Source of the DNA: Enterobacter phage KKP_3263
Sequence record: OK210074.1
DNA length: 39,418 nt
Direction: 5' to 3' (one strand)
Shown: positions 27,640-37,820 of the stretch, piece after piece
Layout: every line of letters starts with the position of its first letter
Numbering within the stretch: position 1 is the first letter of the stretch
Program-made: the position numbers and the translations under genes
Notes under the pieces: model-generated
Seen by the model: the letters and a program-made list of their open reading frames with translations, nothing else
What the model was told of the DNA's origin: nothing
The model's database searches: none

Positions 27640-27798
27640 ATGAGCCTTGAAGAAAAGAAATACATCGTGGAGCTTGAGGGTCGCGTTCAGTCCTTCGAGG
27701 TTCCGGTGTACGCAAAGTCTCTTGAAGAGGCTACCCTGAAGTCCCAAGAGTATGAGGACGCTGGGTTTGTGGTCGGACGGATTCGTCCTGAGACCTAA
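27640..27798 (+). CDS. 2: Gp2, host RNA polymerase inhibitor (52 aa)
   Basis: [15 protein letters not shown]...[10 protein letters not shown] matches T7 Gp2 (HSFEVPIYAETLDEA...AGFEVTRVRP). Confidence 0.7.
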   Translation: MSLEEKKYIVELEGRVQSFEVPVYAKSLEEATLKSQEYEDAGFVVGRIRPET

Positions 27799-27816
27799 AC
27801 TATCACTGTAGGACAG
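27794..27816 (+). promoter_or_regulatory. Phage promoter variant (A to G at -3; phi2.5 equivalent)
   Basis: CCTAAACTATCACTGTAGGACAG overlaps the gene 2 stop. Confidence 0.5.
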
Positions 27817-27855
27817 ACGTCCAGTTCGTAACTTTAAATTAGGAGATTTACACCG

Positions 27856-28554
27856 ATGGCTAAAGAGCAACTGAAGACTTTCACCACTCCGGTAGCTGGT
27901 ATCGTTGAGCCTTATGCATGGCTGAACAAAGCAGACACCAAGTTTAACGAGCGTGGTGAGCATAAGGTTAACCTGACTTTCAGTCTGGATGACCCGAAGG
28001 TCCGTAAGATGATTGATGTCTTACAGAAGATTCACGACGATGCGTATGCGAAAGCACTCGCAGACCACGAGAAGAACCCACCTCAGGTTCAGCGTGGCAA
28101 GAAGCCTATCGAGCCGCGTGAAGGCGACATGCCGTGGATTGAGAATGGTGACGGTACTGTTACCCTGAAGTTCAAATGCTTCGCGTCTTACCTGAAGGAT
28201 GGTAAGTCCGAGCCAATCGTATTACGGTTCTACGACACCGATGCTAAGTTAATCCGTGACGTCCCGAATATTGGCTCTGGGTCTAAGCTGAAGGTCAAGT
28301 TTAAAGTCCTGCCGTTCAAGTGGAACGCTGCGACTGGTGCAAGCGTTAAGCTCCAGCTTGAGTCCTGCCTTCTGGTAGAACTGAAGGAGTGGAAAGGTGA
28401 TGGTGCTGGTGGCGATGGTGGCTGGGGTGATGATGAAGACCTTGGCACTGGCTACAAAGCGTCAACCGATGGTGACTTCGGGTCTGACGACTTCGGTGAC
28501 GATGGTTCCGAAGGTGGAGACGACTCCAGCTCTGGCGGCGATTACGACTTCTAA
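27856..28554 (+). CDS. 2.5: ssDNA-binding protein gp2.5
   Basis: 232 aa, the same as T7. Gly/Asp-rich acidic tail ending in DF. Confidence 0.9.
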   Translation: MAKEQLKTFTTPVAGIVEPYAWLNKADTKFNERGEHKVNLTFSLDDPKVRKMIDVLQKIHDDAYAKALADHEKNPPQVQRGKKPIEPREGDMPWIENGDGTVTLKFKCFASYLKDGKSEPIVLRFYDTDAKLIRDVPNIGSGSKLKVKFKVLPFKWNAATGASVKLQLESCLLVELKEWKGDGAGGDGGWGDDEDLGTGYKASTDGDFGSDDFGDDGSEGGDDSSSGGDYDF

Positions 28555-29006
28555 TGGCCCAATGGTCTGCAAAACGGGGGCACTCTGTGGGTGCCTACCG
28601 CTCTGGACTTGAAGCCAAGAACCAGCAGTGGCTGGAACAGAACGGCGTCAAAGCGGAGTACGAAAGCCATTATATCAACTATGTGATTCCGGCTTCCGAC
28701 CACAAGTACACACCAGACTTTATCCTTCCTAACGGTATCATCGTTGAGACCAAAGGTATCTTCGATAGTGAAGACCGTAAGAAGCACCTTCTGGTACGAG
28801 AGCAGCACCCAGAGTTAGACATCCGGTTCGTGTTCTCAAGTTCCCGCTCCAAGTTATACAAAGGGTCTCCAACCACGTATGGCGCATGGTGCGAAAAGAA
28901 CGGCTATAAGTATGCCGATAAGTTCATCCCGGTTGAGTGGCTTCGAGAGGCGACTGTACGTCTGCCTTCAGGTATACTCATTCCCAAGAAGAAAGGAGTT
29001 AAGTGA
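28554..29006 (+). CDS. 3: Endonuclease I (gp3, Holliday junction resolvase)
   Basis: 150 aa. YTPDFILPNGIIVETKG resembles the T7 endonuclease I catalytic core. Confidence 0.88.
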   Translation: MAQWSAKRGHSVGAYRSGLEAKNQQWLEQNGVKAEYESHYINYVIPASDHKYTPDFILPNGIIVETKGIFDSEDRKKHLLVREQHPELDIRFVFSSSRSKLYKGSPTTYGAWCEKNGYKYADKFIPVEWLREATVRLPSGILIPKKKGVK

Positions 29007-29230
29007 TGGCTCAAGAAGTTAAGGTCGTTCGTCAGCGTCTGACCATTGATAAAATCCCGGTAGGCTATGCGTTTATCGTCCACGGTAAGCCGGGTGAAGT
29101 GTACGTGAAGATTAGTAACTCTCACGTCTTCAACCATAAGTTACTCCAGATGCACACCACGGATGCTAACCGCTTCCAACGTCATCTGAACCTCGTAGCC
29201 GTAGAGCTGGTGGTGTACGATGGTGAGTAA
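29006..29230 (+). CDS. 74-aa hypothetical protein between endonuclease I and lysozyme
   Basis: RBS GAAAGGAG. The ATG overlaps the gene 3 stop. No T7 counterpart. Confidence 0.45.
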   Translation: MAQEVKVVRQRLTIDKIPVGYAFIVHGKPGEVYVKISNSHVFNHKLLQMHTTDANRFQRHLNLVAVELVVYDGE

Positions 29231-29678
29231 AGTCCAGTTCAACCCACGGTCCCGGACTGACGCTATCTTCGTTCACTGTTCGGCTACCAAGCCAGAGATG
29301 GACATCGGGGTAGAGACCATCCGTATGTGGCACAAGCAGCAGGGATGGCTGGACGTAGGCTACCACTTTATCATCAAGCGAGATGGGACTGTGGAAGAGG
29401 GTCGCCCGGTCAATGTCGTAGGGTCACACGTTAAGGATTGGAACTCCCGGTCCGTAGGCGTCTGCCTTGTAGGTGGAATTGACGCTAAGGGCAAGTTTGA
29501 AGCTAACTTCACTCCAGCCCAGATGAACTCCCTGCGCAACAAGCTGGCTGACCTGAAGTCCCTGTATCCTCAGGCAGACATCAAGGCCCATCATGATGTA
29601 GCACCGAAGGCTTGCCCAAGTTTCGACTTGCAGCGCTGGCTGTCTACCAACGAGCTGGTCACTTCAGACCGCGGTTAA
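29220..29678 (+). CDS. 3.5: Lysozyme / N-acetylmuramoyl-L-alanine amidase (gp3.5), also an RNAP inhibitor in T7
   Basis: TDAIFVHCSATKP...WLDVGYHFIIKRDGTVEEGR...HHDVAPKACPSFDL...NELVTSDRG is near-identical to T7 gp3.5. Confidence 0.93.
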   Translation: MVSKVQFNPRSRTDAIFVHCSATKPEMDIGVETIRMWHKQQGWLDVGYHFIIKRDGTVEEGRPVNVVGSHVKDWNSRSVGVCLVGGIDAKGKFEANFTPAQMNSLRNKLADLKSLYPQADIKAHHDVAPKACPSFDLQRWLSTNELVTSDRG

Positions 29679-29702
29679 TAAAACTCTAAGGAGAACAACT
29701 CA

Positions 29703-29918
29703 ATGATTAAACTTATCGAATTTCTTGGTCGTCTGGTGGTGCGTGGTTATCGTCGTGCTGCGGTTATGGAACGAAAGGTAGCAGAGAAGACTGCTGACGG
29801 TGCGGCTGAGGCTGCTTCTCTGGCTGACAAGCTGACCATCGCGTCACTGGAAGCTGGCATGAAGGCGCGTCAGGCTGACACCAAAGCTGACCAGTTGGCC
29901 AAGTTCTTCAAAGCCTAA
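29703..29918 (+). CDS. 71-aa hypothetical protein (N-terminal hydrophobic, Ala/Lys-rich helix)
   Basis: RBS AAGGAGAA. Not HNH, unlike T7 gp3.8. Confidence 0.45.
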   Translation: MIKLIEFLGRLVVRGYRRAAVMERKVAEKTADGAAEAASLADKLTIASLEAGMKARQADTKADQLAKFFKA

Positions 29919-29936
29919 ACTATCACCTTAGGGATG
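29914..29936 (+). promoter_or_regulatory. Degenerate phage-promoter-like element (2 mismatches at -4/-3)
   Basis: GCCTAAACTATCACCTTAGGGAT upstream of gene 4. Confidence 0.3.
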
Positions 29937-29983
29937 GGACCGTGAGTCCTGTCCCTTTGTTCGCATTTGTGATTAAGGAGTGA

Positions 29984-31687
<1,704 letters not shown>

Positions 31688-31740
31688 CTGGGAGTCATTC
31701 GACGAGTGGCAAGAACTCAACGATTCAGACAGGAGAAATA

Positions 31741-31905
31741 ATGTTAAGAAAACTTAAAGCTCGATACCATCGGTTCATGTACAAATGGTGGAGCGATGAA
31801 GCAACATGCCTATCGAACATTCTGGGAGACCAGCGGTTCAACTCTGTGGCGTGGAAGAGAGCTAACCGGAAGTTTATGTATCACTTCTTGCGTACAGACT
31901 TATAG
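31741..31905 (+). CDS. 54-aa basic hypothetical protein (gene 4.3/4.5 region)
   Basis: RBS CAGGAGAAATA plus ATG. The track ORF 31666 is trimmed to this ATG. Confidence 0.35.
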   Translation: MLRKLKARYHRFMYKWWSDEATCLSNILGDQRFNSVAWKRANRKFMYHFLRTDL

Positions 31906-31960
31906 GTCTAGACTCAAGGTCATTCGCATCGAGTGGCCTTTATGATTAGACAAACGGAGG
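31906..31960 (+). promoter_or_regulatory. Conserved structured RNA element (RNase III site candidate) upstream of gene 5
   Basis: TAGACTCAAGGTCA-loop-TGGCCTTTATGATTAGA, third copy of the element. Confidence 0.45.
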
Positions 31961-31967
31961 ATTAACC

Positions 31968-34139
31968 ATGTTTGACCTTAAGGATATTTGGGGTTCTGAC
32001 ATCGAGACCAACGGTCTCCTTGACACCGTGTCCCAGTTCCATTGTGGGGTCCTGATTAATGCCGAGTCGAATGAGACCCTTAAGTATGGGGTAGCGCCGA
32101 TGGTCGGTATCGTCGGTGGCTTCAAAGAGTATGTACAGAAGGTGGAAGAGATTGCTGCAACGCCTACGGGTATGCTGGTCTTCCATAACGGTATCAACTA
32201 TGACGTCCCGGCTATTGACAAGCTGAAGCGTCTGTACTTCGGGAAACGCTTTAACTTCCCTAAACACAAGATGATTGATACCTTGGTGCTGGGCCGCTTG
32301 ATGTATCCAAACATTAAGTTCTCAGACATGGGCGCGGTGAAAGCTGGACGTCTTCCACCTAAGATGATGGGCCGTCAGTCTCTTGAGGCTTGGGGCTATC
32401 GTCTCGGTGAGATGAAGGGTGAGTACAAACACGACTACATTGCCAAGTGCAGGGCCGAAGGTATCGAATATAAGGCTGGGGACGAATGGTTGTTCCCGTC
32501 TCAGGAGATGCTGGACTATAACGTTCAGGACGTTGTGGTCACACTGGCATTGTTCAAGAAGTTCCTGACTGACAAGTATTACTTCCAGTCTGAACAGTTC
32601 GCTTTCGAACAGATTTATGCGTTGCGTCTGGAACATGATGCTGCGTGGACCTGTGCGAAGATGGAGCGTAACGGCTATCCGATGAACACCGAGATGGTCG
32701 AAGGCTTATATCGTGAACTCACCGTCAAACGTGCAGAGCTGCTGGACAAGCTGCGTTCGACTTTCGGTAGCTGGTACGCACCAAAGGGAGGCAAGGAGTT
32801 CTTCAGGCACCCACGGACAGGTAAGGACCTTCCGAAGTATCCGAGAGTCGTGTATCCTAAGGTCGGTGGCATCTTTAAGAAGCCGAAGAACAAAGCTCAA
32901 CGCTTAGGTCTTGAATCTTGTGAACGCGATACGCGAGACACGATGGAAGGAGCGCCATTCACGCCAATCACTTACGTTGAGTTTAATCCGGGAAGCGGAG
33001 ACCACTTAGCGAAAGTCCTGATGGAGCGTGGCTGGGAGCCTGTGGACTTCACTGACACTGGGAAGCCTGTAGTCGATGACGAGACGTTGGAGCACGTTAA
33101 GTTACCAGACGCAGAGGCTCAGGCTTGCGTAGAGCTGGTCCGTGAGTATCTGGTGGTCCAGAAGCGCATCGGTCAGGCGGCTGAGGGTAAGAACGCATGG
33201 TTGAAACTTGTAGGTCCAGACGGACGTATGCACGGTTCAATCAACCCATGTGGTGCAGTAACAGGACGTGCGACCCATAGCTCACCAAACATGGCTCAGG
33301 TCCCGGCTAACGGTGCTCCATATGGTGAGACTTGCCGTGGTGCTTTCGGTGCAGCGTGGAACAAGACTGACGGTAAGCCAGACCCTTGGATTCAAGTAGG
33401 TGTGGATGCTTCAGGGCTTGAGCTTCGTTGTCTAGGGAACCGAGCGGCTCCGTTTGATGGTGGCGACTATGCGAAGACTGTGGTCGAAGGTGACATCCAC
33501 TGGGCCAACGCAGTCAACGCTGGGTTAGCACCTAACGTCCCGCGCGACAAGTCGAGCCATGACCACGATGCTTTCCGTAATAACGCCAAGACGTTCATCT
33601 ATGCGTTCCTATATGGTGCAGGGGCCGCGAAGATTGGACTGATAGTTGGCGGTGGTAAGAAGGAAGGTTCGGCCCTGATGAAGAAATTCATTGAGGGTAC
33701 ACCAGCTATCAAGGACCTTCGAGAGGCTGTGCAGAACACGCTCATCTCCGAGTCCAAGTGGGTAGACGGTGAGAACATCGTGAAGTGGAAACGCCGCTGG
33801 CTGAAAGGTCTGGACGGTCGACGCATTCACATCCGGTCTCCACACTCAGCACTGAACGCGTTACTTCAGGGCGATGGTGCGGTAGTCTGTAAGCACTGGA
33901 TTGTCGAGACAGAACGCATGCTCGAAGAGGCCGGGTATGTCCACGGCTGGGAAGGAGACTTCGCGTACATGGCTTGGGTCCACGATGAGCTACAGATAGC
34001 GTGTCGTACTCAGGAGATTGCCGAAGAAGTCGTCAAGATTGCTCAACTTGCTATGCGTAAGGTGGGTGAGTTCTATAACTTTAAATGTGTCCTTGATACC
34101 GAAGGTAAGATTGGACCAACGTGGAAGGAGTGCCACTAA
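31968..34139 (+). CDS. 5: DNA polymerase gp5 (family A, with 3'-5' exonuclease)
   Basis: Extensive recalled identity to T7 gp5 (DIE.N.LL exo motif, EAWGYRLGEMKGEYK, KVGGIFKKPKNKAQR, NAKTFIYAFLYGAG, YMAWVHDE). Confidence 0.95.
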   Translation: MFDLKDIWGSDIETNGLLDTVSQFHCGVLINAESNETLKYGVAPMVGIVGGFKEYVQKVEEIAATPTGMLVFHNGINYDVPAIDKLKRLYFGKRFNFPKHKMIDTLVLGRLMYPNIKFSDMGAVKAGRLPPKMMGRQSLEAWGYRLGEMKGEYKHDYIAKCRAEGIEYKAGDEWLFPSQEMLDYNVQDVVVTLALFKKFLTDKYYFQSEQFAFEQIYALRLEHDAAWTCAKMERNGYPMNTEMVEGLYRELTVKRAELLDKLRSTFGSWYAPKGGKEFFRHPRTGKDLPKYPRVVYPKVGGIFKKPKNKAQRLGLESCERDTRDTMEGAPFTPITYVEFNPGSGDHLAKVLMERGWEPVDFTDTGKPVVDDETLEHVKLPDAEAQACVELVREYLVVQKRIGQAAEGKNAWLKLVGPDGRMHGSINPCGAVTGRATHSSPNMAQVPANGAPYGETCRGAFGAAWNKTDGKPDPWIQVGVDASGLELRCLGNRAAPFDGGDYAKTVVEGDIHWANAVNAGLAPNVPRDKSSHDHDAFRNNAKTFIYAFLYGAGAAKIGLIVGGGKKEGSALMKKFIEGTPAIKDLREAVQNTLISESKWVDGENIVKWKRRWLKGLDGRRIHIRSPHSALNALLQGDGAVVCKHWIVETERMLEEAGYVHGWEGDFAYMAWVHDELQIACRTQEIAEEVVKIAQLAMRKVGEFYNFKCVLDTEGKIGPTWKECH

Positions 34140-34228
34140 TGGTATACCTATGGTGCTTAGTGCCGTTTGTCATACTGTGGGCCTGCACTGCATTCGATAA
34201 TGATGGTAACGATGGTTACGGTAACTAA
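34139..34228 (+). CDS. 29-aa hydrophobic peptide
   Basis: RBS GGAAGGAG. MVYLWCLVPFVILWACTAF is TM-like. Confidence 0.3.
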   Translation: MVYLWCLVPFVILWACTAFDNDGNDGYGN

Positions 34229-34239
34229 GGAGAAACATA

Positions 34240-34524
34240 ATGGCTATTACTAAACGTCTGACCTGTAAGTTTGACCTGAAGATTGTCTTTACGTCTGAGG
34301 ACGTAGAGTCCTACTCTCGCGAGCTGGTAGAGATGACCAAGGGTTATGTCTCAGGTGAGAAGCAGGACGGTCTGACCCGCAAGCTGGTGGAGACTGCTGT
34401 AGAGCATGGGGTCGAAGCCGCCATTGAGCTACACCTGAAGTCTGTTCTGGCGTCCAAGCTGAAAGATGAGCTGCCGGAAGACGGTGCCACCCTCTCTAAT
34501 ATCAGCGTGGGGTTCAAGCAATGA
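34240..34524 (+). CDS. 5.5: gp5.5-like protein (the T7 homolog binds H-NS)
   Basis: N-terminal MAITKRLTCKFDL vs T7 MAMTKKFKVSFDV. Position conserved. Confidence 0.6.
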   Translation: MAITKRLTCKFDLKIVFTSEDVESYSRELVEMTKGYVSGEKQDGLTRKLVETAVEHGVEAAIELHLKSVLASKLKDELPEDGATLSNISVGFKQ

Positions 34525-34730
34525 GTGAATACTTACGGGTCCTAGCGGCCCTTAAGTCCTGCCCGAAGACCTTCCAGTCCAACTATGTGCGCAACAACGC
34601 TGCACTTGTGGCTGAGGCTGCGAGTCGTGGACATCTGAGCTGCCTGTCTATGGATGGGCGTAACAACGGTGCGTGGGAGATTACCGCTGAAGGCACCAAG
34701 TTCCTGAACCAACACGGAGGCTGTCTATGA
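34521..34730 (+). CDS. 5.7: gp5.7
   Basis: 69 aa. KSCPKTFQSNYVRNNAALVAEAASRGHLSCL...GAWEITAEGTKFL is near-identical to T7 gp5.7. Confidence 0.8.
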   Translation: MSEYLRVLAALKSCPKTFQSNYVRNNAALVAEAASRGHLSCLSMDGRNNGAWEITAEGTKFLNQHGGCL

Positions 34731-35176
34731 AGATACCTGAAAGTCTGAAAGAGCTGGTCCTTGAAATGGGTGAGCGCGAGACGACGCACCGTAAGTATGC
34801 TGAGTTCTACGCATCTTGGTCTTACACCCTGACCGAGAAGGACGTTGAGTCCTACACCGAGTCTCCTTCTGAGGCTTATGAGTGGCGTCCGTTCATTGGA
34901 CTGACCATCGTAGCTAGTGGTATGTGGGATGACAGCTATGGCTCAGAGGTAAACGACTGGGACGTGTACCGCCCTGTTGAGAAGGAGACCGAAATGTCTT
35001 CCAACTTCTGGAGCTTGATGTCACACCTAAACTCAGAGGACAACGACATGGCCCATGAGTTCGCCAACAAATGGCTGAAGCCTGAGGTTACTCTCGAACG
35101 TATTGAGGAGCCTAAAGTTTCCTTGATGCCAGCTACGGTCGCTATGGCTACAGGAGGTCTGGACGATGGGTTCTGA
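34727..35176 (+). CDS. 149-aa strongly acidic protein in the gp5.9 slot
   Basis: ~21% Asp+Glu with net charge about -19. Located between 5.7 and 6, where T7 encodes the 52-aa RecBCD inhibitor gp5.9. Confidence 0.55.
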   Translation: MKIPESLKELVLEMGERETTHRKYAEFYASWSYTLTEKDVESYTESPSEAYEWRPFIGLTIVASGMWDDSYGSEVNDWDVYRPVEKETEMSSNFWSLMSHLNSEDNDMAHEFANKWLKPEVTLERIEEPKVSLMPATVAMATGGLDDGF

Positions 35177-36035
35177 GAAGAAGATAGCTCTGGTTCTGGA
35201 TGGCGACTATCTGGTATTCTCTTCTATGGCTGCTGCCGAGGACGAGACTGACTGGGGTGATGACATCTGGACCCTTATCTGCGACCACGAGAAGGCTCGT
35301 CGTATCCTTGATAACACCATCGCTGAAATCATTAAGAAGCGAAAGGCGTGGAAAGACGCTAAGATTGTGATGTGCTTCACTGATGATTATAACTGGCGCA
35401 AGGACGTCCTGCCTACCTATAAGGCCAACCGTAACGGTTCTCGCAAGCCTGTAGGATACAAGAAGTTCGTAGCCGAAGTGATGGCTGACCCACGGTTCAA
35501 CAGCTTCCTACGTCCTACGCTTGAAGGTGATGACTGTATGGGTATCATCGGGACCCGGCCTCAGATTGTTGGCTGTGACCATGCAGTGCTGGTATCCTGC
35601 GATAAGGACTTCAAGACCATCCCGAACTGTGAGTTCTTCTGGTTAACCACTGGTGAAATTCTGAGCCATACGACTGCTGAGGCAGACTACTGGCACATGG
35701 AGCAGACCATCAAGGGTGACACTACAGATGGCTACGGCGGGATTCCGGGGATGGGTGAGGACACCACTCGTGCGTTCCTTGACGAGCCATACTACTTCGT
35801 GCAGGAGAGCCGTGAGCTCAAGACTGGCAAGAACAAGGGCCAGATTAAGACTGAGTGGAAGAAGTATCCTAAGCGTGAAGACATGACGCTTTGGGACTGT
35901 ATGGTGACTCTGGCTGCTAAAGCTGGGATGACCGAGGAGGAACTTCTGGTCCAAGCTCAGGTCGCTCGTATTTGCCGAGCCTCCGACTACGACCCTAAGT
36001 CCAAGGAGGTCATCCTGTGGACACCATCCATGTAA
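35166..36035 (+). CDS. 6: 5'-3' exonuclease gp6
   Basis: CDKDFKTIPNCEF, TIKGDTTDGYGGIPG, LWDCM...AKAGMTEEE match T7 gp6. Confidence 0.9.
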   Translation: MGSEKKIALVLDGDYLVFSSMAAAEDETDWGDDIWTLICDHEKARRILDNTIAEIIKKRKAWKDAKIVMCFTDDYNWRKDVLPTYKANRNGSRKPVGYKKFVAEVMADPRFNSFLRPTLEGDDCMGIIGTRPQIVGCDHAVLVSCDKDFKTIPNCEFFWLTTGEILSHTTAEADYWHMEQTIKGDTTDGYGGIPGMGEDTTRAFLDEPYYFVQESRELKTGKNKGQIKTEWKKYPKREDMTLWDCMVTLAAKAGMTEEELLVQAQVARICRASDYDPKSKEVILWTPSM

Positions 36036-36161
36036 TTTACTGGGCCGGACTTCTGGCCCTTTACTGCATGTACAAGTGGTTCGGGTCGAACAACCGTCCT
36101 AAACACTGAGTCTAACCGATAGTCATATCCTATCAATCCAACAGTCATCCATAGGTGAAAC

Positions 36162-36184
36162 ACTAAACTATCACTATAGGGACT
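36162..36184 (+). promoter_or_regulatory. Phage promoter (phi6.5 equivalent)
   Basis: ACTAAACTATCACTATAGGGACT. Confidence 0.8.
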
Positions 36185-36245
36185 TTAGGACCTAAGATAT
36201 GACTATAAGATAGACTTTAGTCTTAACTTAAAGAGGAGATTCAAG

Positions 36246-36518
36246 ATGGCGATTAATGCTATTGAAAACGTTGTTAAGCAGTTACAGGAAGAAAGACTTG
36301 ATGTCCCGAACATCTCACAGTCTGCCATCCAGTTCCTGCACGTACTGTTCAACGCAAGCTACGCTGAGAAGATGGGAGCTATCAGTCTCCTCAAGCAGCA
36401 AGGCTACAGCGATGCGTTCATTGCCGGGTTCATCAAGGGTCTCCAGTATTGTTCTGACACTCTCGACTCTGCGATTGCGATGCGTCGTGAGCTGAAAGAT
36501 ACCGTTCAGTTCGATTAA
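36246..36518 (+). CDS. gp6.5-like hypothetical protein
   Basis: 90 aa with RBS AAGAGGAG, following phi6.5. Confidence 0.55.
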   Translation: MAINAIENVVKQLQEERLDVPNISQSAIQFLHVLFNASYAEKMGAISLLKQQGYSDAFIAGFIKGLQYCSDTLDSAIAMRRELKDTVQFD

Positions 36519-36532
36519 CTGTAGGAGGGACT

Positions 36533-36757
36533 ATGTGTTTCAGTCCAAAGATTAGCACTCCGAAGCCTTCGACCCAAGCACCTGAACCAGCGCCTCTGAG
36601 TGAGGAAGTTGCGTCAGTTGACATCGGGGCTGAATCGGATGTTGCCACCAACGAGACCAAAGGTATCAAAGACCTTAAGGTTAAGAAGGAGTCTGCACCT
36701 AAAGATAAATCGTCAGTGAGTCGCGCTATGCGAGCCTCTGGCGTAAACATGGGGTAA
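36533..36757 (+). CDS. 6.7: gp6.7 virion protein
   Basis: MCFSPKI N-terminus is identical to T7 gp6.7. Confidence 0.75.
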   Translation: MCFSPKISTPKPSTQAPEPAPLSEEVASVDIGAESDVATNETKGIKDLKVKKESAPKDKSSVSRAMRASGVNMG

Positions 36758-36761
36758 GACA

Positions 36762-37166
36762 ATGCTACCATATCTCAACTCACGCGAAGGTCGCCACATG
36801 TGCGCCTGCCGCCTCTGGGAAGACGGGCAGTCTAACTTCAAGTCATTCGAGGACTTCAAGGCTCATACTTACCGTATGGCTGACGAGTTCGACGGTGAAG
36901 AGTACACAATCTATGATGTCTCAGGTCAACCAGTAGCGTATCTCTACATGCTGGCTACCGCATCTTGGCACCGACCGACTCCCGGTCTTGACCTTTCAAT
37001 CGTAGCTATTCGTCGTGACTCGCAGTCCTCCCGCAAGGTTCTTGAGACTGTCAGACACATCATAGACGAAGAGTGCAAGCGTTGGGGTCTCGGCTGGTAT
37101 TCTCGTGTCAAGCATGTTTCCGGGTCGGTAGACATCGTAACAACTAAGGAGATTAACCGTGGGTAA
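36762..37166 (+). CDS. 7: gp7 host-range/virion protein
   Basis: 134 aa (T7 has 133) at the conserved position. Confidence 0.6.
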   Translation: MLPYLNSREGRHMCACRLWEDGQSNFKSFEDFKAHTYRMADEFDGEEYTIYDVSGQPVAYLYMLATASWHRPTPGLDLSIVAIRRDSQSSRKVLETVRHIIDEECKRWGLGWYSRVKHVSGSVDIVTTKEINRG

Positions 37167-37407
37167 ATCAATCAGTAAGGCTTTCAAGAAAGTGGTGAAC
37201 AGTGCGTTAGGGACCGTTGGTCTTGGCTCTGACGATGCACCTAAGGTTGTTGAGGCTCAGACCCCAGCAGCACCAGTGGAAGTACAGAACGACCAAGTGG
37301 AAGATGTGGATACTGAAGCAACAGCATCTGACGAGAAGAAAGTGAAGCGTTCCGGTAAGCGTAGCCTTCAGGTCTCTCGTACCTCTGGTGGCGGTATTTC
37401 TATATGA
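37159..37407 (+). CDS. 7.3: gp7.3 tail assembly / host specificity protein B
   Basis: MGK...KAFKKVV...SLQVSRTSGGGISI parallels T7 gp7.3 (...SLSVARSSGGGINI). Confidence 0.75.
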   Translation: MGKSISKAFKKVVNSALGTVGLGSDDAPKVVEAQTPAAPVEVQNDQVEDVDTEATASDEKKVKRSGKRSLQVSRTSGGGISI

Positions 37408-37820
37408 CCGGGTGCATCGAGTGGAAGTGGGCCAAATCCTCAGCAGGATACGGGCAGAAGCGTATAGACGGTAAGTTAGTGTATATGCACCGACTCGCTT
37501 ACGCCGATGCACATGGGCCAATACCAGACGGAATGCTCGTCCGTCATAAGTGTGATAATCCAGCGTGTTTCAACGTAAACCACTTAGAGTTAGGAACTCA
37601 GCGTGATAACATGCAGGACGCCTCAAAGCGTGGTCGCGTCAATAAAACCAAAATGGCTAGAGGTGAAGACCAAGGGTTATCGGTTTTAACAGAAGACCTT
37701 GTTCGAGAAATCCGCAAGTCAACCGTAGGTTGTACAACACTGGCTCGTGAGCTAGGCGTAAGCGAGTCTACAGTTTTGCGTGTTCGCCAAGGTAAAACAT
37801 GGAGGCACGTAGATGGCTGA
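37404..37820 (+). CDS. 7.7: HNH endonuclease (gp7.7-like homing endonuclease)
   Basis: MTGCIEW...HR...H.CDNP.C.N..HL HNH core plus a C-terminal HTH-like segment. Same position as T7 7.7. Confidence 0.8.
   Translation: MTGCIEWKWAKSSAGYGQKRIDGKLVYMHRLAYADAHGPIPDGMLVRHKCDNPACFNVNHLELGTQRDNMQDASKRGRVNKTKMARGEDQGLSVLTEDLVREIRKSTVGCTTLARELGVSESTVLRVRQGKTWRHVDG

Noticed and set aside
36040-36066. Hairpin GGGCCGGACTTCTGGCCC after gene 6 as a terminator
   Set aside because: Short stem and no following U-tract (TTTACTG only). Probably an mRNA 3' stabilising hairpin or coincidental, so not listed as a terminator.
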